Made by a program: the position numbers and the translations under genes
DNA from: an uncultured delta proteobacterium
GTDB lineage: Bacteria; Desulfobacterota; Binatia; Binatales; Binataceae
DNA: 64,000 bases
Assembly: GCA_963808235.1 (NCBI GenBank)
Contig: CAWEEQ010000004.1
Location: 1,728,001 to 1,792,000, forward strand
Reading direction: 5' to 3'
The notes under the pieces: generated by a model
Told to the model about the DNA's origin: nothing
Databases searched by the model: none
What the model saw: only the letters and a program-made list of their open reading frames with translations
Shown here: positions 40,984 through 54,355 of the stretch, one piece after another
Layout: each line of letters begins with the position of its first letter
Numbering within the stretch: position 1 is the first letter of the stretch

Positions 40984-43881
40984 TTGGACCGCTCAATCCG
41001 TATCTCGGGCGCACGCACTCACAACCTGGCCGATATCTCGCTCGAAATTCCTCGCGACAAGCTGACCGTGGTGACCGGCGTGTCGGGGTCGGGCAAGTCG
41101 AGCCTGGTTTTCGACACGCTCTACGCCGAAGGGCAGCGGCGCTACGTGCAGAGTCTGTCGACCTACGCGCGCTTGTTTCTGCAGCGGATGGAGCGGCCGG
41201 ACGTCGATTCGATTTCAGATATCCCGCCGGCGCTCGCGCTGCGGCAGAAAAACACAATCAAGAACGCGCGCTCCACGGTCGGGACGGTCACAGAAATCAG
41301 CGATTATCTGAGGCTGCTCTACGCAACGGTCGGGCGGACGATTTGCCCGCGATGCGGCCAGCAGGTCAGCCGCGACAGCGTCGAGAGTGCAGCGGTGCGA
41401 ATCCTCGGGGAGCCGGGACTCTACATTGTGCTGGCGCCGTTCGAGGCGGGCTCGCGCACGATGCTCGACGCGGCAAATTACCTGATTCAGAACGGGTACC
41501 ATCGTCTGTTCGCCGACGACGCGATTACCGAGACCGCGGAATTTGCGGCGCGCGCAGGCGCTGCGGACGCGCGTCCGGAAGGCGCGATGATGGTAGTCGT
41601 CGATCGCGTGTCGGTCACCGGCGAGGCGGAAGTCGAGCGCGTCCGCGAGGCGCTCGAGAAGGCATTTTACCTGGGCGGCGGACGAGCGCGATGCGTTCGC
41701 GTCGAGCGCGATAACGGCGACACCCGCACCGCGGCGACACTCGATTTCGATCGGCGCTTCAACTGCTCGAATTGTGCAATCCCGTTCGCGGAGCCGACCA
41801 CGGCGCTCTTTTCGTCGAACAGTCCAATCGGCGCATGTCCCGAATGCGAAGGGTTCGGGCGAACGGTGGAACTCGATCTCGACAAAGTGATTCCGAATCC
41901 GAGCCTGTCACTTCGGCAGGGTTTAATCGCGACGTGGCGGACGCCGGCTTATCGCGAGATGAACGACTGGATGATCAAACTCGCGCGGCGCAGAAAAATT
42001 CGCACCTCGGCGCCGTATCGCGAGATGAGCGAAGAGGAGCGCACCTGGCTGCTCGACGGCGACCCGGGTCCGCGCGAAAAAAAGTGGGACGACGACGTGT
42101 GGCCGGGAGTGCATGGATTCTTCAAGTGGCTCGAGGGCCGGCGCTACAAGACTCACGTGCGAATCCTGCTCGCGAAGTATCGGCGCTTCGTGACCTGTCC
42201 GGTATGCAATGGTGCGAAGCTCAAGCGCGAGGCGCTCAACGTAGTCGTGGACGGCAACTCGATCGCGGATATCGGCAAGCTCGCGATCGGCGATTTGATC
42301 GCATGGCTCGACAAGCTTGCGGCGGTTCCTGAAATTGCGACGCGTGCCGCGGTCGTGATGCGCGAGCTGCGCAATCGCGTCAGCTACCTGGTCGAAGTGG
42401 GCCTCGGCTACCTGACCGTCGAGCGGCAGGCGCGCACGCTGTCGGGCGGCGAGGCGCAGCGGATTCATCTGGCGAGTGCGCTCGGCAGCCTGCTGGTCGG
42501 GACATTGTATGCACTCGACGAGCCGACTGTCGGACTGCATGCGTCCGATGCGAGGCGATTGCTCGCGGTACTGCACCATCTGCGGGACTTCGGCAACACG
42601 GTGGTCGTCGTCGAGCACGATCCCGCGATGATCGCGGGCGCGGACTACGTGGTCGAGCTGGGGCCGGGCGGCGGCAGCGAGGGCGGGCGTCTGACCTACG
42701 CAGGATCGGCGGCAAAGGCGGACCTCGACAGCATGGAGACGTCGCCGGGGCGGGTGATGCTGATGCGTGCGATCTCGAAGCGGCGCAAATTTACCCGGCA
42801 CGATCCGGGAATTCGGATCGTAGGCGCGCGCGAGCACAATCTCGCCAATATCGACGTTGCGATTCCGGCCGGGCGGATGGTGTGCGTCACGGGAGTTTCG
42901 GGATCGGGAAAATCGAGCCTGGTCGAGGACGTGCTCTACAACAACTATCTGCGCCGCGGTGGCGACACGTCGGTAGAATTGGGCGCGTGCGATCGGATCG
43001 AAGGCTTCGAGCTGATCGGCGACATGGTGCACATGGGGCAGGAGTTGCCGACGCGATCGATGCGCTCGAATCCCGCGACCTATCTGAAAATCTACGACGA
43101 GATCCGCAAACTGTTCGCCGCCACCGCCGAAGCGCGGCGGCTGGGCGTGACGGCGCGGCAGTTTTCGTTCAACGTCACCGGCGGGCGATGCGAGAAATGC
43201 AGCGGCACCGGCACCGTGACGATCGAGATGCATTTCATGGCGGACCTCGAAGTGAAATGCGAGGCGTGCGATGGGCGCCGCTTCCAGAGCCATATTCTCG
43301 CGATTCCACTCGGTGGTCTGAATATCAATGGAGTGCTGGATTTGACCGTCGAGGACGCGCGCGCGTTTTTCATTCGGCATCCTGCGATTGTGAAGAGGCT
43401 CGACGCGTTGATCGCGGTCGGGCTCGGGTACTTGCGCGTGGGGCAGACGACCTCGACGCTGTCGGGCGGAGAGGCGCAGCGCCTGAAGCTCGCGCGCTTT
43501 CTACTCGTCGATCTTGAGCCTGCGCCAGTCGGGCCAGACGGCAAGCCTCTGCCGCGGATGTTTCTGCTCGACGAGCCGACCACTGGACTCAGCTCGACTG
43601 ATATCCGGCGGCTGATCAAGGTGCTCACGCGGCTGGTGACGGAGGGCAACACGCTGGTGGTGATCGAGCACAACATGGAGTTTATCGCGCACGCCGATTA
43701 TGTAATCGATCTCGGACCGGGTGGCGGCGACGATGGCGGGCGAGTGGTGGCGGCGGGCTCGCCGCTGGATATCGCGGCGTGTGAAAAATCGGAAACCGGG
43801 CGCGAACTGAGGCGGCTGTTTGGATTGCCGGAGCGCGGGCGGCAGGTTCGCTCGGCGCTGCGGCTCGCGGCGGGGGCGTAA
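40984..43881 (+). CDS. uvrA: UvrA family ATPase (probably a class II paralogue)
   Basis: GARTHNL, two GVSGSGKSSL motifs, two TLSGGEAQR motifs, zinc fingers, and YRRFVTCPVCNG. Confidence 0.92.
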   Translation: MDRSIRISGARTHNLADISLEIPRDKLTVVTGVSGSGKSSLVFDTLYAEGQRRYVQSLSTYARLFLQRMERPDVDSISDIPPALALRQKNTIKNARSTVGTVTEISDYLRLLYATVGRTICPRCGQQVSRDSVESAAVRILGEPGLYIVLAPFEAGSRTMLDAANYLIQNGYHRLFADDAITETAEFAARAGAADARPEGAMMVVVDRVSVTGEAEVERVREALEKAFYLGGGRARCVRVERDNGDTRTAATLDFDRRFNCSNCAIPFAEPTTALFSSNSPIGACPECEGFGRTVELDLDKVIPNPSLSLRQGLIATWRTPAYREMNDWMIKLARRRKIRTSAPYREMSEEERTWLLDGDPGPREKKWDDDVWPGVHGFFKWLEGRRYKTHVRILLAKYRRFVTCPVCNGAKLKREALNVVVDGNSIADIGKLAIGDLIAWLDKLAAVPEIATRAAVVMRELRNRVSYLVEVGLGYLTVERQARTLSGGEAQRIHLASALGSLLVGTLYALDEPTVGLHASDARRLLAVLHHLRDFGNTVVVVEHDPAMIAGADYVVELGPGGGSEGGRLTYAGSAAKADLDSMETSPGRVMLMRAISKRRKFTRHDPGIRIVGAREHNLANIDVAIPAGRMVCVTGVSGSGKSSLVEDVLYNNYLRRGGDTSVELGACDRIEGFELIGDMVHMGQELPTRSMRSNPATYLKIYDEIRKLFAATAEARRLGVTARQFSFNVTGGRCEKCSGTGTVTIEMHFMADLEVKCEACDGRRFQSHILAIPLGGLNINGVLDLTVEDARAFFIRHPAIVKRLDALIAVGLGYLRVGQTTSTLSGGEAQRLKLARFLLVDLEPAPVGPDGKPLPRMFLLDEPTTGLSSTDIRRLIKVLTRLVTEGNTLVVIEHNMEFIAHADYVIDLGPGGGDDGGRVVAAGSPLDIAACEKSETGRELRRLFGLPERGRQVRSALRLAAGA

Positions 43882-43894
43882 CCCAAGAGGTAGG

Positions 43895-44068
43895 ATGCAC
43901 AGATTGAAACGATTCGCACGCGGCGCAACGCAGCTTGGGTTCGTCGACGTACTGACGGCGGTGATACTGCTTGGGATTCTGCTCTACGTCGCGACGCTGC
44001 AGTTTGCGGTGTACAAGGTGGCTCCGGCGGTGCCGGCGTCGACGAGCAGCGCGTCGGGTGCGCACTGA
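43895..44068 (+). CDS. Small single-TM protein
   Basis: GAGG RBS; MHRLKRFARGATQLGFVDVLTAVILLGILLYVATLQF... Confidence 0.6.
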   Translation: MHRLKRFARGATQLGFVDVLTAVILLGILLYVATLQFAVYKVAPAVPASTSSASGAH

Positions 44069-44086
44069 CCGCAACCTAACCCATAA

Positions 44087-44142
44087 CCCCTAGCCCCTTC
44101 CCCTCAGGGAAGGGGAACAAAATTGGGGGAATCTGAAGTTCG
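44087..44142. repeat. REP-like palindrome, family B (second copy)
   Basis: cccctagccccttccc-ctca-gggaagggg. Confidence 0.65.
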
Positions 44143-44168
44143 AACCGTTGCCCTCGTTGCCGTTACCA

Positions 44169-45047
44169 ATGAATATCTACCTGCTTGACCGAGCCGTCTT
44201 ACTTATTTTGCCGATTGTATATCTCGTCTACGTCGTCGGCGTGATGAAAACGGCTGTCCCCAGGAGGATTCGGCGGCTCTATCCATATCGGGTCAACTGG
44301 CTGTCGATCGTGCCGTTCAGTACTCGGTGGCAGAAGCGAATCGCTCCTGAGCATGTAGACGCTTATCGAAAGCAGCGCAAGTGGGTTTTTGCGGGGTTAA
44401 TGACCATTTTGACCGTGACGCTCTTGAAGGGCATGTACTTCGAGTTCTTTTTCATGCGACTCCATGGCTTCGACGTCATCGAAAAAAATTCGTCGCTGCA
44501 CAGAGCGTACACGGCCCTGCGGCCCGAGAATGACGCCGACAAAGCGCGCGCCGCGATCCTGGTTAGAGATCTTCAGCATGCGCTGGCGAAATACGAGGAC
44601 TATCACGTCGCTGAGGCGGACGGCTTCCATCCGTTGACACCCAAAATCAAAGTTCCTATCGAGTATTTCGAGAAGGATTTAACGAAGTGCCGTAAAGGCG
44701 TCAGCGCACCGTTCACGTTCAGCGACCCGGATTCATTGCTGTACGAGCGCACGCCAGGCGGCAGCTACAAGCTGATCGGCGCGATGTATACCGATCGCAC
44801 GGATGCCGGCGAGGATAAGCTCAACGAGCGTGTACCGCTGAGCGTCGCGCGATGGCATCGGTACATCAATCTGTGCGGTCCGAGTTGGGGCGCCGACATA
44901 AAGACCGTGGATTGGTCGAAGTTCGAGTCGATCGCAACCAAGCAAGCCTGCGACGCAGCCGGTGGCAGGTTTGAAGCTCAGTTGCCCGGCTGGACGCTCC
45001 AGGTTCATCCTTGGGAGCAGAATCCCAAACTGGTCTGGGCGCAGTAG
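44169..45047 (+). CDS. Membrane-anchored hypothetical protein
   Basis: Two N-terminal TM segments and a soluble domain with PDSLLY, LIGAMYT, RVPLSVARWH; lower GC than neighbours. Confidence 0.7.
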   Translation: MNIYLLDRAVLLILPIVYLVYVVGVMKTAVPRRIRRLYPYRVNWLSIVPFSTRWQKRIAPEHVDAYRKQRKWVFAGLMTILTVTLLKGMYFEFFFMRLHGFDVIEKNSSLHRAYTALRPENDADKARAAILVRDLQHALAKYEDYHVAEADGFHPLTPKIKVPIEYFEKDLTKCRKGVSAPFTFSDPDSLLYERTPGGSYKLIGAMYTDRTDAGEDKLNERVPLSVARWHRYINLCGPSWGADIKTVDWSKFESIATKQACDAAGGRFEAQLPGWTLQVHPWEQNPKLVWAQ

Positions 45048-45056
45048 AAGGCATAC

Positions 45057-45950
45057 GTGGCGGAAATAGTTAGAGAGCGGCTGGACCATTACCTGGTGCG
45101 GGTCGGATTTGCGACGTCGCGGCGGGTTGCGCAGGAGCTTGTCGAGCGCGGGATGGTGCGGATCAACGGCCGACGCTCGAGGAAGAGCGAGATTGTCGGC
45201 GCCGATGACGTCGTTGAAGTTGCGCCGATACAGAAGTACTCGGCGATCGAGGCGAATCGCGATCTTACGATTGTCGTGCTGCATGAAGATGCGGCGGTTA
45301 TCGTCGTGAATAAGCCGGGTGGGATTCCTTGTCATCCGCTGAAGCCTGGGGAGCGCGGTACCGTGATGAACGCAGTGGTTGCGCGATTTCCGGATACGGC
45401 GAGCGCCGGTGACAAGCCGCTCGAAGGCGGACTGGTGCATCGATTGGACAACGGCACCTCGGGCGCGCTGCTGATTGCGCGCAATCGTGCGACGTTCGAA
45501 AAATTGCGCGAGTCGATCCGCGCGGGACGAATCGCGCGGCGTTACGAAGCGCTGGTCGCGGGTGCGCTCGATGAGAAGATCGAGATCGATGTACCGATCG
45601 CGCATCATGCGAAGAATCCGCGCAAGATGGTCGCCGGCGATCGTGAGAGCGCCAACCCCAGGCGCGCCGGCCGGGCCGCGATGACGATGGTCGAGCCGCT
45701 GCGTCGCGTCGGGGCATTCACTCTGGTATCGGTGGTGCCGAAAACCGGCAGCCGGCATCAGATTCGCGTGCACCTGGCGGACGCGGGTTATCCGATCGTT
45801 GGCGACACGCTATATGGCGGTCCCGCGAACGAGTCGCTCACGCACGGACGCTTCTGGTTGCATCTATGCGACATAGCGTTCGACTCGCCGGCGGTGGGGC
45901 ACGTCAAGGTGACGGCGCCGATCGCTGCGGACTTGCAGAAACTTCTTTAA
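45057..45950 (+). CDS. RluA/RluD family pseudouridine synthase
   Basis: S4 domain, VNKPGG, VHRLDNGTSG, TGSRHQIRVH, PIVGDTLYG. Confidence 0.94.
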   Translation: MAEIVRERLDHYLVRVGFATSRRVAQELVERGMVRINGRRSRKSEIVGADDVVEVAPIQKYSAIEANRDLTIVVLHEDAAVIVVNKPGGIPCHPLKPGERGTVMNAVVARFPDTASAGDKPLEGGLVHRLDNGTSGALLIARNRATFEKLRESIRAGRIARRYEALVAGALDEKIEIDVPIAHHAKNPRKMVAGDRESANPRRAGRAAMTMVEPLRRVGAFTLVSVVPKTGSRHQIRVHLADAGYPIVGDTLYGGPANESLTHGRFWLHLCDIAFDSPAVGHVKVTAPIAADLQKLL

Positions 45951-46171
45951 TTTTAACCAGTACGTCGTCGGCAACGGCTCAGTTGCAGGCGCACTGGAGG
46001 GAACACTCCATGCGTTCGCTAGTTCGCACGCAGATTTTGTGCGATAAGGCCCGCAGTGTGACAAAACGGCCCGCAGATAACTGAAGTGACAGGCCAATCC
46101 TCGTCTATGCGCCGGTAGCTGAGGCACGGATGAGAGTGGTGGTCCCTAGCCGAGGCAGTTCAGAAGCAACT

Positions 46172-47329
46172 ATGAAAAAAAGGTTGGCACGCCGGCTCAG
46201 TTTTGCTCAGTTCATCGGGCTCGCTTTGGTGCTGCCCGTAGGCTCCGCAGCGATCGTTGGATGCGGTCACAAAGCGCCTGCCGCGAGAGATTCGATTCCC
46301 GTTACGGTACAGACCGTCGGGTTGGCGAGTGGTGATGCCGGCGGCGCCTATTCGGCCCATATCATTGCCGACACGCAGGTGGATGTTGCCTTCAAAGTCA
46401 ACGGCTACGTGCAGTCGATCCTCCAGGTGAAGGGCGCGGACGGCAAGCTGCGCAATGTGCAGGCGGGGGATCGCGTCGCGACGGGCGCGGTGCTCGCGAT
46501 CGTCAAGGATGACACCTACCGCCACAGCGTGACCAAAGCTCAAGCAGATTTGCAAAACTCGCGCGCATCGCTAAGCAAGGCGAAGGCGGATTTCGCCCGC
46601 TACACGCATCTGCTCGAGCAGCGCGTCGTGGCGAGGGCCGACTATGACGCGGTAAAGCAGCAATACGAATCCGCGCAGGCGGCGGTTGGCGCCTCGCAGG
46701 CGGCCGTACAGCAGGCGCAGGTCGATCTCGACGACTGCAAGCTCAAGTCGCCGATAAGCGCGCTGGTGCTTGATCGCAAGATCGAGGTCGGCACGCTGGT
46801 GTCGCCCAACACCACCGGCTTTCAAATTGGCGATACCGGAAAGGTCAAGGTCGTGTTCGGCGTGCCGGGCACAATTGTCGGCGAGTTGAAACCTGGGGCA
46901 GAGGTCTCGGCCACCGTCGACGCATTCCCCGGCCAGACGTTCAAGGGCACGATTTCCAAAGTCGCGGCAGTCGCCGATCCCAACACTCGGGTATTCGATA
47001 TCGAGGCGACGATTCCCAACCCTGACGCCCGCCTCCGAGTCGGCATGATTGCCGCGCTCCATCTGCCGGTCAACGCACAAGCCAAGAACATGCTCGCGGT
47101 GCCGACGCGGGCAATCGTGCGGCCGCCCGACGATCCCAGCGGATACGCGGTGTACGTCGCGGAGAAGAACGCCGACGGCAAGATGGTCGCGACGCTCAAG
47201 AAGGTCGAGATAGGTCCTGTGGTCGGCGACCAGGTGTCAGTCGAGTCGGGCCTGGATGCGGGTGCGCAAGTGATTGTCAGGGGCGCGGACGTCGTGTTCA
47301 ACGGCGCCGATATCAACGTAGTTCCCTAG
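46172..47329 (+). CDS. RND efflux periplasmic adaptor
   Basis: Lipobox IVGC, FKVNGYV, LKSPIS, ADPNTRVF, LRVGM. Confidence 0.92.
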   Translation: MKKRLARRLSFAQFIGLALVLPVGSAAIVGCGHKAPAARDSIPVTVQTVGLASGDAGGAYSAHIIADTQVDVAFKVNGYVQSILQVKGADGKLRNVQAGDRVATGAVLAIVKDDTYRHSVTKAQADLQNSRASLSKAKADFARYTHLLEQRVVARADYDAVKQQYESAQAAVGASQAAVQQAQVDLDDCKLKSPISALVLDRKIEVGTLVSPNTTGFQIGDTGKVKVVFGVPGTIVGELKPGAEVSATVDAFPGQTFKGTISKVAAVADPNTRVFDIEATIPNPDARLRVGMIAALHLPVNAQAKNMLAVPTRAIVRPPDDPSGYAVYVAEKNADGKMVATLKKVEIGPVVGDQVSVESGLDAGAQVIVRGADVVFNGADINVVP

Positions 47330-47339
47330 GCGCAATCCA

Positions 47340-51017
<3,678 letters not shown>

Positions 51018-51132
51018 TCCCCGGAATCGTCGTCGTATTACCCGGCTTGCCCTTGAACCATAACGCGAAGGAGTAGTGGCTTGCGATCCGCGCACCGCTG
51101 TGAGGGACCCCGCTTGCAAGCTCGCCGGCGCC

Positions 51133-51696
51133 TCAGTTGCAGGCGCATTGCGAGCATTGAGTCGTTAGCGGGGTTGTCTGCGAGCGTTGCAGGAGTCCCG
51201 ATTGTCCCACCGAGGTCGAGACCTGGGCGCGCTGCGAGAACGCGGTGCCATTGTAGATCGTTGGCCGTTGCGAACCGAGTGTGTTGCCCGACGTTTGCGG
51301 TAGGTACGACGACGGCGCGTTCGCGTTCAGCAAATAGTTGGCGCACTGACCGCGCGCAGACTGCCGCGCGAGAATATAGCTCGATGACGAAACGATTCCC
51401 GCCCACTCGGTCCAGGTTCCCGGCGCCGAACAGGTGCATCGGAACGATCGCGGAGTTGGCAGCGGGGTGGCAGCGGCCGCGATCGAGCTTCCCGGCGCCG
51501 GAGCGAGCGCCGGCAGCGCACCGATCGTCGAGAATGGCTGCGGCTGACCGGGAGCGGCTGGTGCAGTCAGTGGCACCGGCCCCGGCGCCGCGGTAACTTG
51601 CGCGAATGGCTGCCGCGCGAGTCTCGAGTCGCTGAGCGCAAGCATGAGGATCGGAGAAAGTACGAGCAATATGATCGTCAGTCTGAGAGCACGCAT
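51133..51696 (-). CDS. Exported Pro/Cys-rich hypothetical protein
   Basis: Signal peptide, Pro-rich linker, FRCTC...QC...QCSQCACN. Confidence 0.65.
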   Translation of the reverse strand: MRALRLTIILLVLSPILMLALSDSRLARQPFAQVTAAPGPVPLTAPAAPGQPQPFSTIGALPALAPAPGSSIAAAATPLPTPRSFRCTCSAPGTWTEWAGIVSSSSYILARQSARGQCANYLLNANAPSSYLPQTSGNTLGSQRPTIYNGTAFSQRAQVSTSVGQSGLLQRSQTTPLTTQCSQCACN

Positions 51697-51929
51697 GCGA
51701 TCTCCATCGGCGTTTCGAAATGATCCGCGCCCGACCACACGACGGCAAGACAAGGCGTGCGGCCTTGGCTATAATCGCGACCTGATTGGCGCCGCGCAAG
51801 CGCTCCGTTCCCGATACGGCGCCAGCGGAATCATCCCTCTGCTGAATGCAACGCGCAATCTTGAACGACGTACCAGAGTGCTGCGGCCGTCGACGCCGCA
51901 ACCGACAGGGACAAGGAGGTTCCATCCAG

Positions 51930-53846
51930 ATGTCGAGCAAGAAATCGGTTTTTACTGCGATAGTATTTTTTTCGCTGCTGATGCTCGGCGCTTCGATCGG
52001 CGGCGCCCAGAATAACCCCAATCCGTTCGCGGTCACCGGCTCGATCCCCAAGACGCCGCTGCCTCCGCCGGCTACCACCGGACCGATCCAGCTGCAGTCG
52101 GTGCCGGTGTCGCCGCAGGAGCCGCCGCAGACGAGCGTGCCGCCGAGCGCGTCAAACCAGTTCGAGCATCATGACGACATATTGAATCTGCCGCGAATCT
52201 TCGCGCATCAGTGGTCGATGACGCGGGAAATTTCGCCCGATGACATTATCAGCGAACGTTACCTGCGCTCGGAAGATCCCAATGCGCGCGGGGTGACGCT
52301 GAAGGAAGCGATCTACATCTCGCTGCGGAACAACCCGGCGCTGAAAGCGGCGGAGCTCGATCCGGTCGCGTCGATGGAAACGGTCAGGGAGGCGAACGGA
52401 ACTTTCGATCCGAATCTGACCGCGCAGGGCGATATCGAAAAGAACGTCATTCCAGTCACGAACGCGCTGCAGACCGCCGGCGCCACCTCATTCGTGCAGA
52501 AGTTTTACGACTGGAACTTCGGGATCAACAAAGTATCAGCGATCACCAATGGCACCTGGGGCGTGACCTTCAACAACGATCGCTCGTTTTCCAATTCGAC
52601 CTTCGCGGGCGTCAATCCGGCATATTCGCCGACCCTCGCACTGTCGCTCTCACAGCCATTGCTGCAGAACTTCGGCTGGCAGTTCGCGACTATCAACGTG
52701 CAGATTGCCGAGTCGGGCCAGAAGCAGGCGCAATGGACTTACGGGCAGGCGCTGCAGGATTTCGTGCAGCGGATCGGCGGCGAGTACTGGAACGTCGTGC
52801 TCTCTGAGGAAAACCTTGACGTGGCGCGTGCGGCGCTGAAATTCAACCTGGACCTGGTGCGGCAGAACGCAATCAGCGTGAAGGTCGGAACGCTGGCGCC
52901 GATCGACTTGCAGGAAGCGCAGTCGGCGGCCGCAACCTCCGAGGCCAACGTTTACACGGCGGAGGCCAACCTGAAGAATTCCCGCACCCAGCTTCGCCAG
53001 GACGTGATGCTGAATCCGTACGGCACGTTCCTGCCCGAAGAGCTTCAGCCGCTCACGAGGACCAATCCGCAGGAACGCATCGTCGTCGATGAGGAACGCG
53101 CGCTCGAGCTTGCGGTGCAGTATCGGCCGTCACTCGGCAGCATGCGCGAGGCGATTCGCGACGCGCTACTACAGGTGAAGTTCTCCGAGAACCAGGTCCT
53201 GCCGCAGCTGAACTTCGGCGGGCAATTTGGCTTGACTTCGAGCGCAGGACATACGCCTTGCTCGCCTTTGAGCGTCTTAAGCACATCGAGTCCGAACTGC
53301 ACAGCCATTACGTCCACCGGGCCCACCCCGGGCACCATGTTGCCGTTCGGCGGGCAGTACGGCGACGCGCTCAATCGTTTGTGGGGATTCACTTATTACA
53401 GTTACGCCGCGGTGCTGACGTTTCAGATGCCGCTCGACAATGCGGTCCCGCGCGCGGCGCTCGCGCAGGCTCGGGTGCAGTATGAGCAGCAGCGGATGCT
53501 CTATCGCGCGGCGCTGTCGCAGGCGGTCATCGACGTGCAGAGCGCGCTTGCCAATCTATATGCAGATCAGAAGCGAGCCTATGCGACTGCGTCGGCGACT
53601 TACTATGCTCGCCAATCGCTTCACGATGAGCAAGTGAGGTTCCGAGTAGGTCTGGCAACGACACACGATCTGCTGCAATTCCAGGAAGAGGAAGTGAGCG
53701 CGGAGGGCAACCAGGTGCAAGCTGAAGTCGATCTCGAGAATGCCAAGCTCGCGCTCGGCCACGCCGACGGCACCCTGCTGCAAGCATTCAACATTGACTG
53801 GCAAGTGCTGAATCCGCACGAAGTGCCTTGGTACGCGGCCTTTTAG
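51930..53846 (+). CDS. TolC-family outer membrane efflux protein
   Basis: AAGGAGG RBS, TLKEAI..SL.NNP, LSQPLLQNFG, RFRVGLATTHDLL. Confidence 0.9.
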   Translation: MSSKKSVFTAIVFFSLLMLGASIGGAQNNPNPFAVTGSIPKTPLPPPATTGPIQLQSVPVSPQEPPQTSVPPSASNQFEHHDDILNLPRIFAHQWSMTREISPDDIISERYLRSEDPNARGVTLKEAIYISLRNNPALKAAELDPVASMETVREANGTFDPNLTAQGDIEKNVIPVTNALQTAGATSFVQKFYDWNFGINKVSAITNGTWGVTFNNDRSFSNSTFAGVNPAYSPTLALSLSQPLLQNFGWQFATINVQIAESGQKQAQWTYGQALQDFVQRIGGEYWNVVLSEENLDVARAALKFNLDLVRQNAISVKVGTLAPIDLQEAQSAAATSEANVYTAEANLKNSRTQLRQDVMLNPYGTFLPEELQPLTRTNPQERIVVDEERALELAVQYRPSLGSMREAIRDALLQVKFSENQVLPQLNFGGQFGLTSSAGHTPCSPLSVLSTSSPNCTAITSTGPTPGTMLPFGGQYGDALNRLWGFTYYSYAAVLTFQMPLDNAVPRAALAQARVQYEQQRMLYRAALSQAVIDVQSALANLYADQKRAYATASATYYARQSLHDEQVRFRVGLATTHDLLQFQEEEVSAEGNQVQAEVDLENAKLALGHADGTLLQAFNIDWQVLNPHEVPWYAAF

Positions 53847-53863
53847 CCTAACCGCAAGACGAC

Positions 53864-53909
53864 GATGCGGCGCCGGATCGGATCCCGATTCGGCGCCGCA
53901 TCATTTTTT
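53864..53909. terminator. Terminator between convergent genes
   Basis: gatgcggcgccggatcg...cgattcggcgccgcatc followed by a T-tract. Confidence 0.75.
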
Positions 53910-53924
53910 CGAGCAGCTAACAGC

Positions 53925-54335
53925 TCAGTGGTGGCCGAGGATAGTCACTTGCCGGCCCGCAAACCGCCATCCAGCCGGGGTTTTGCGGAGCCGGTCAGTG
54001 TAGTAGCCAACCGTACATTGCTGAACTCGTCCTTCCTTGCAGTGATAGTAATTCAAGTAGGCGGTGCCGGTGCCGGAATCGCCGTCGAGGTCGAAGGCCG
54101 GATTGGCGACGACATGAAGCACATTCGCGCCGCCGAGCGATTCTTTGTAGAGCGCGGTGAACCGCCTGAGTCCGTCGCGGCCGCTATGCTTGCCGAAGCG
54201 CGGACTTTCGAAAACGCCGTCCTCGGTGAAGCAGTCGACCCACTCGTCGTAGCGCGCGGTATCGATCGTCAGGCAATAGCGCGCGTGCAAGGTTCGAACT
54301 TCCTCGCGGTCTTCGATACTTCCTGAAATCGCCAT
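53925..54335 (-). CDS. SnoaL/NTF2-like protein
   Basis: EDREEVRTLHARYC..ID, CFTEDG, YTDRLRK...GWRF..R. Confidence 0.88.
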   Translation of the reverse strand: MAISGSIEDREEVRTLHARYCLTIDTARYDEWVDCFTEDGVFESPRFGKHSGRDGLRRFTALYKESLGGANVLHVVANPAFDLDGDSGTGTAYLNYYHCKEGRVQQCTVGYYTDRLRKTPAGWRFAGRQVTILGHH

Positions 54336-54355
54336 CGCGATTACCTCCCCTACAC

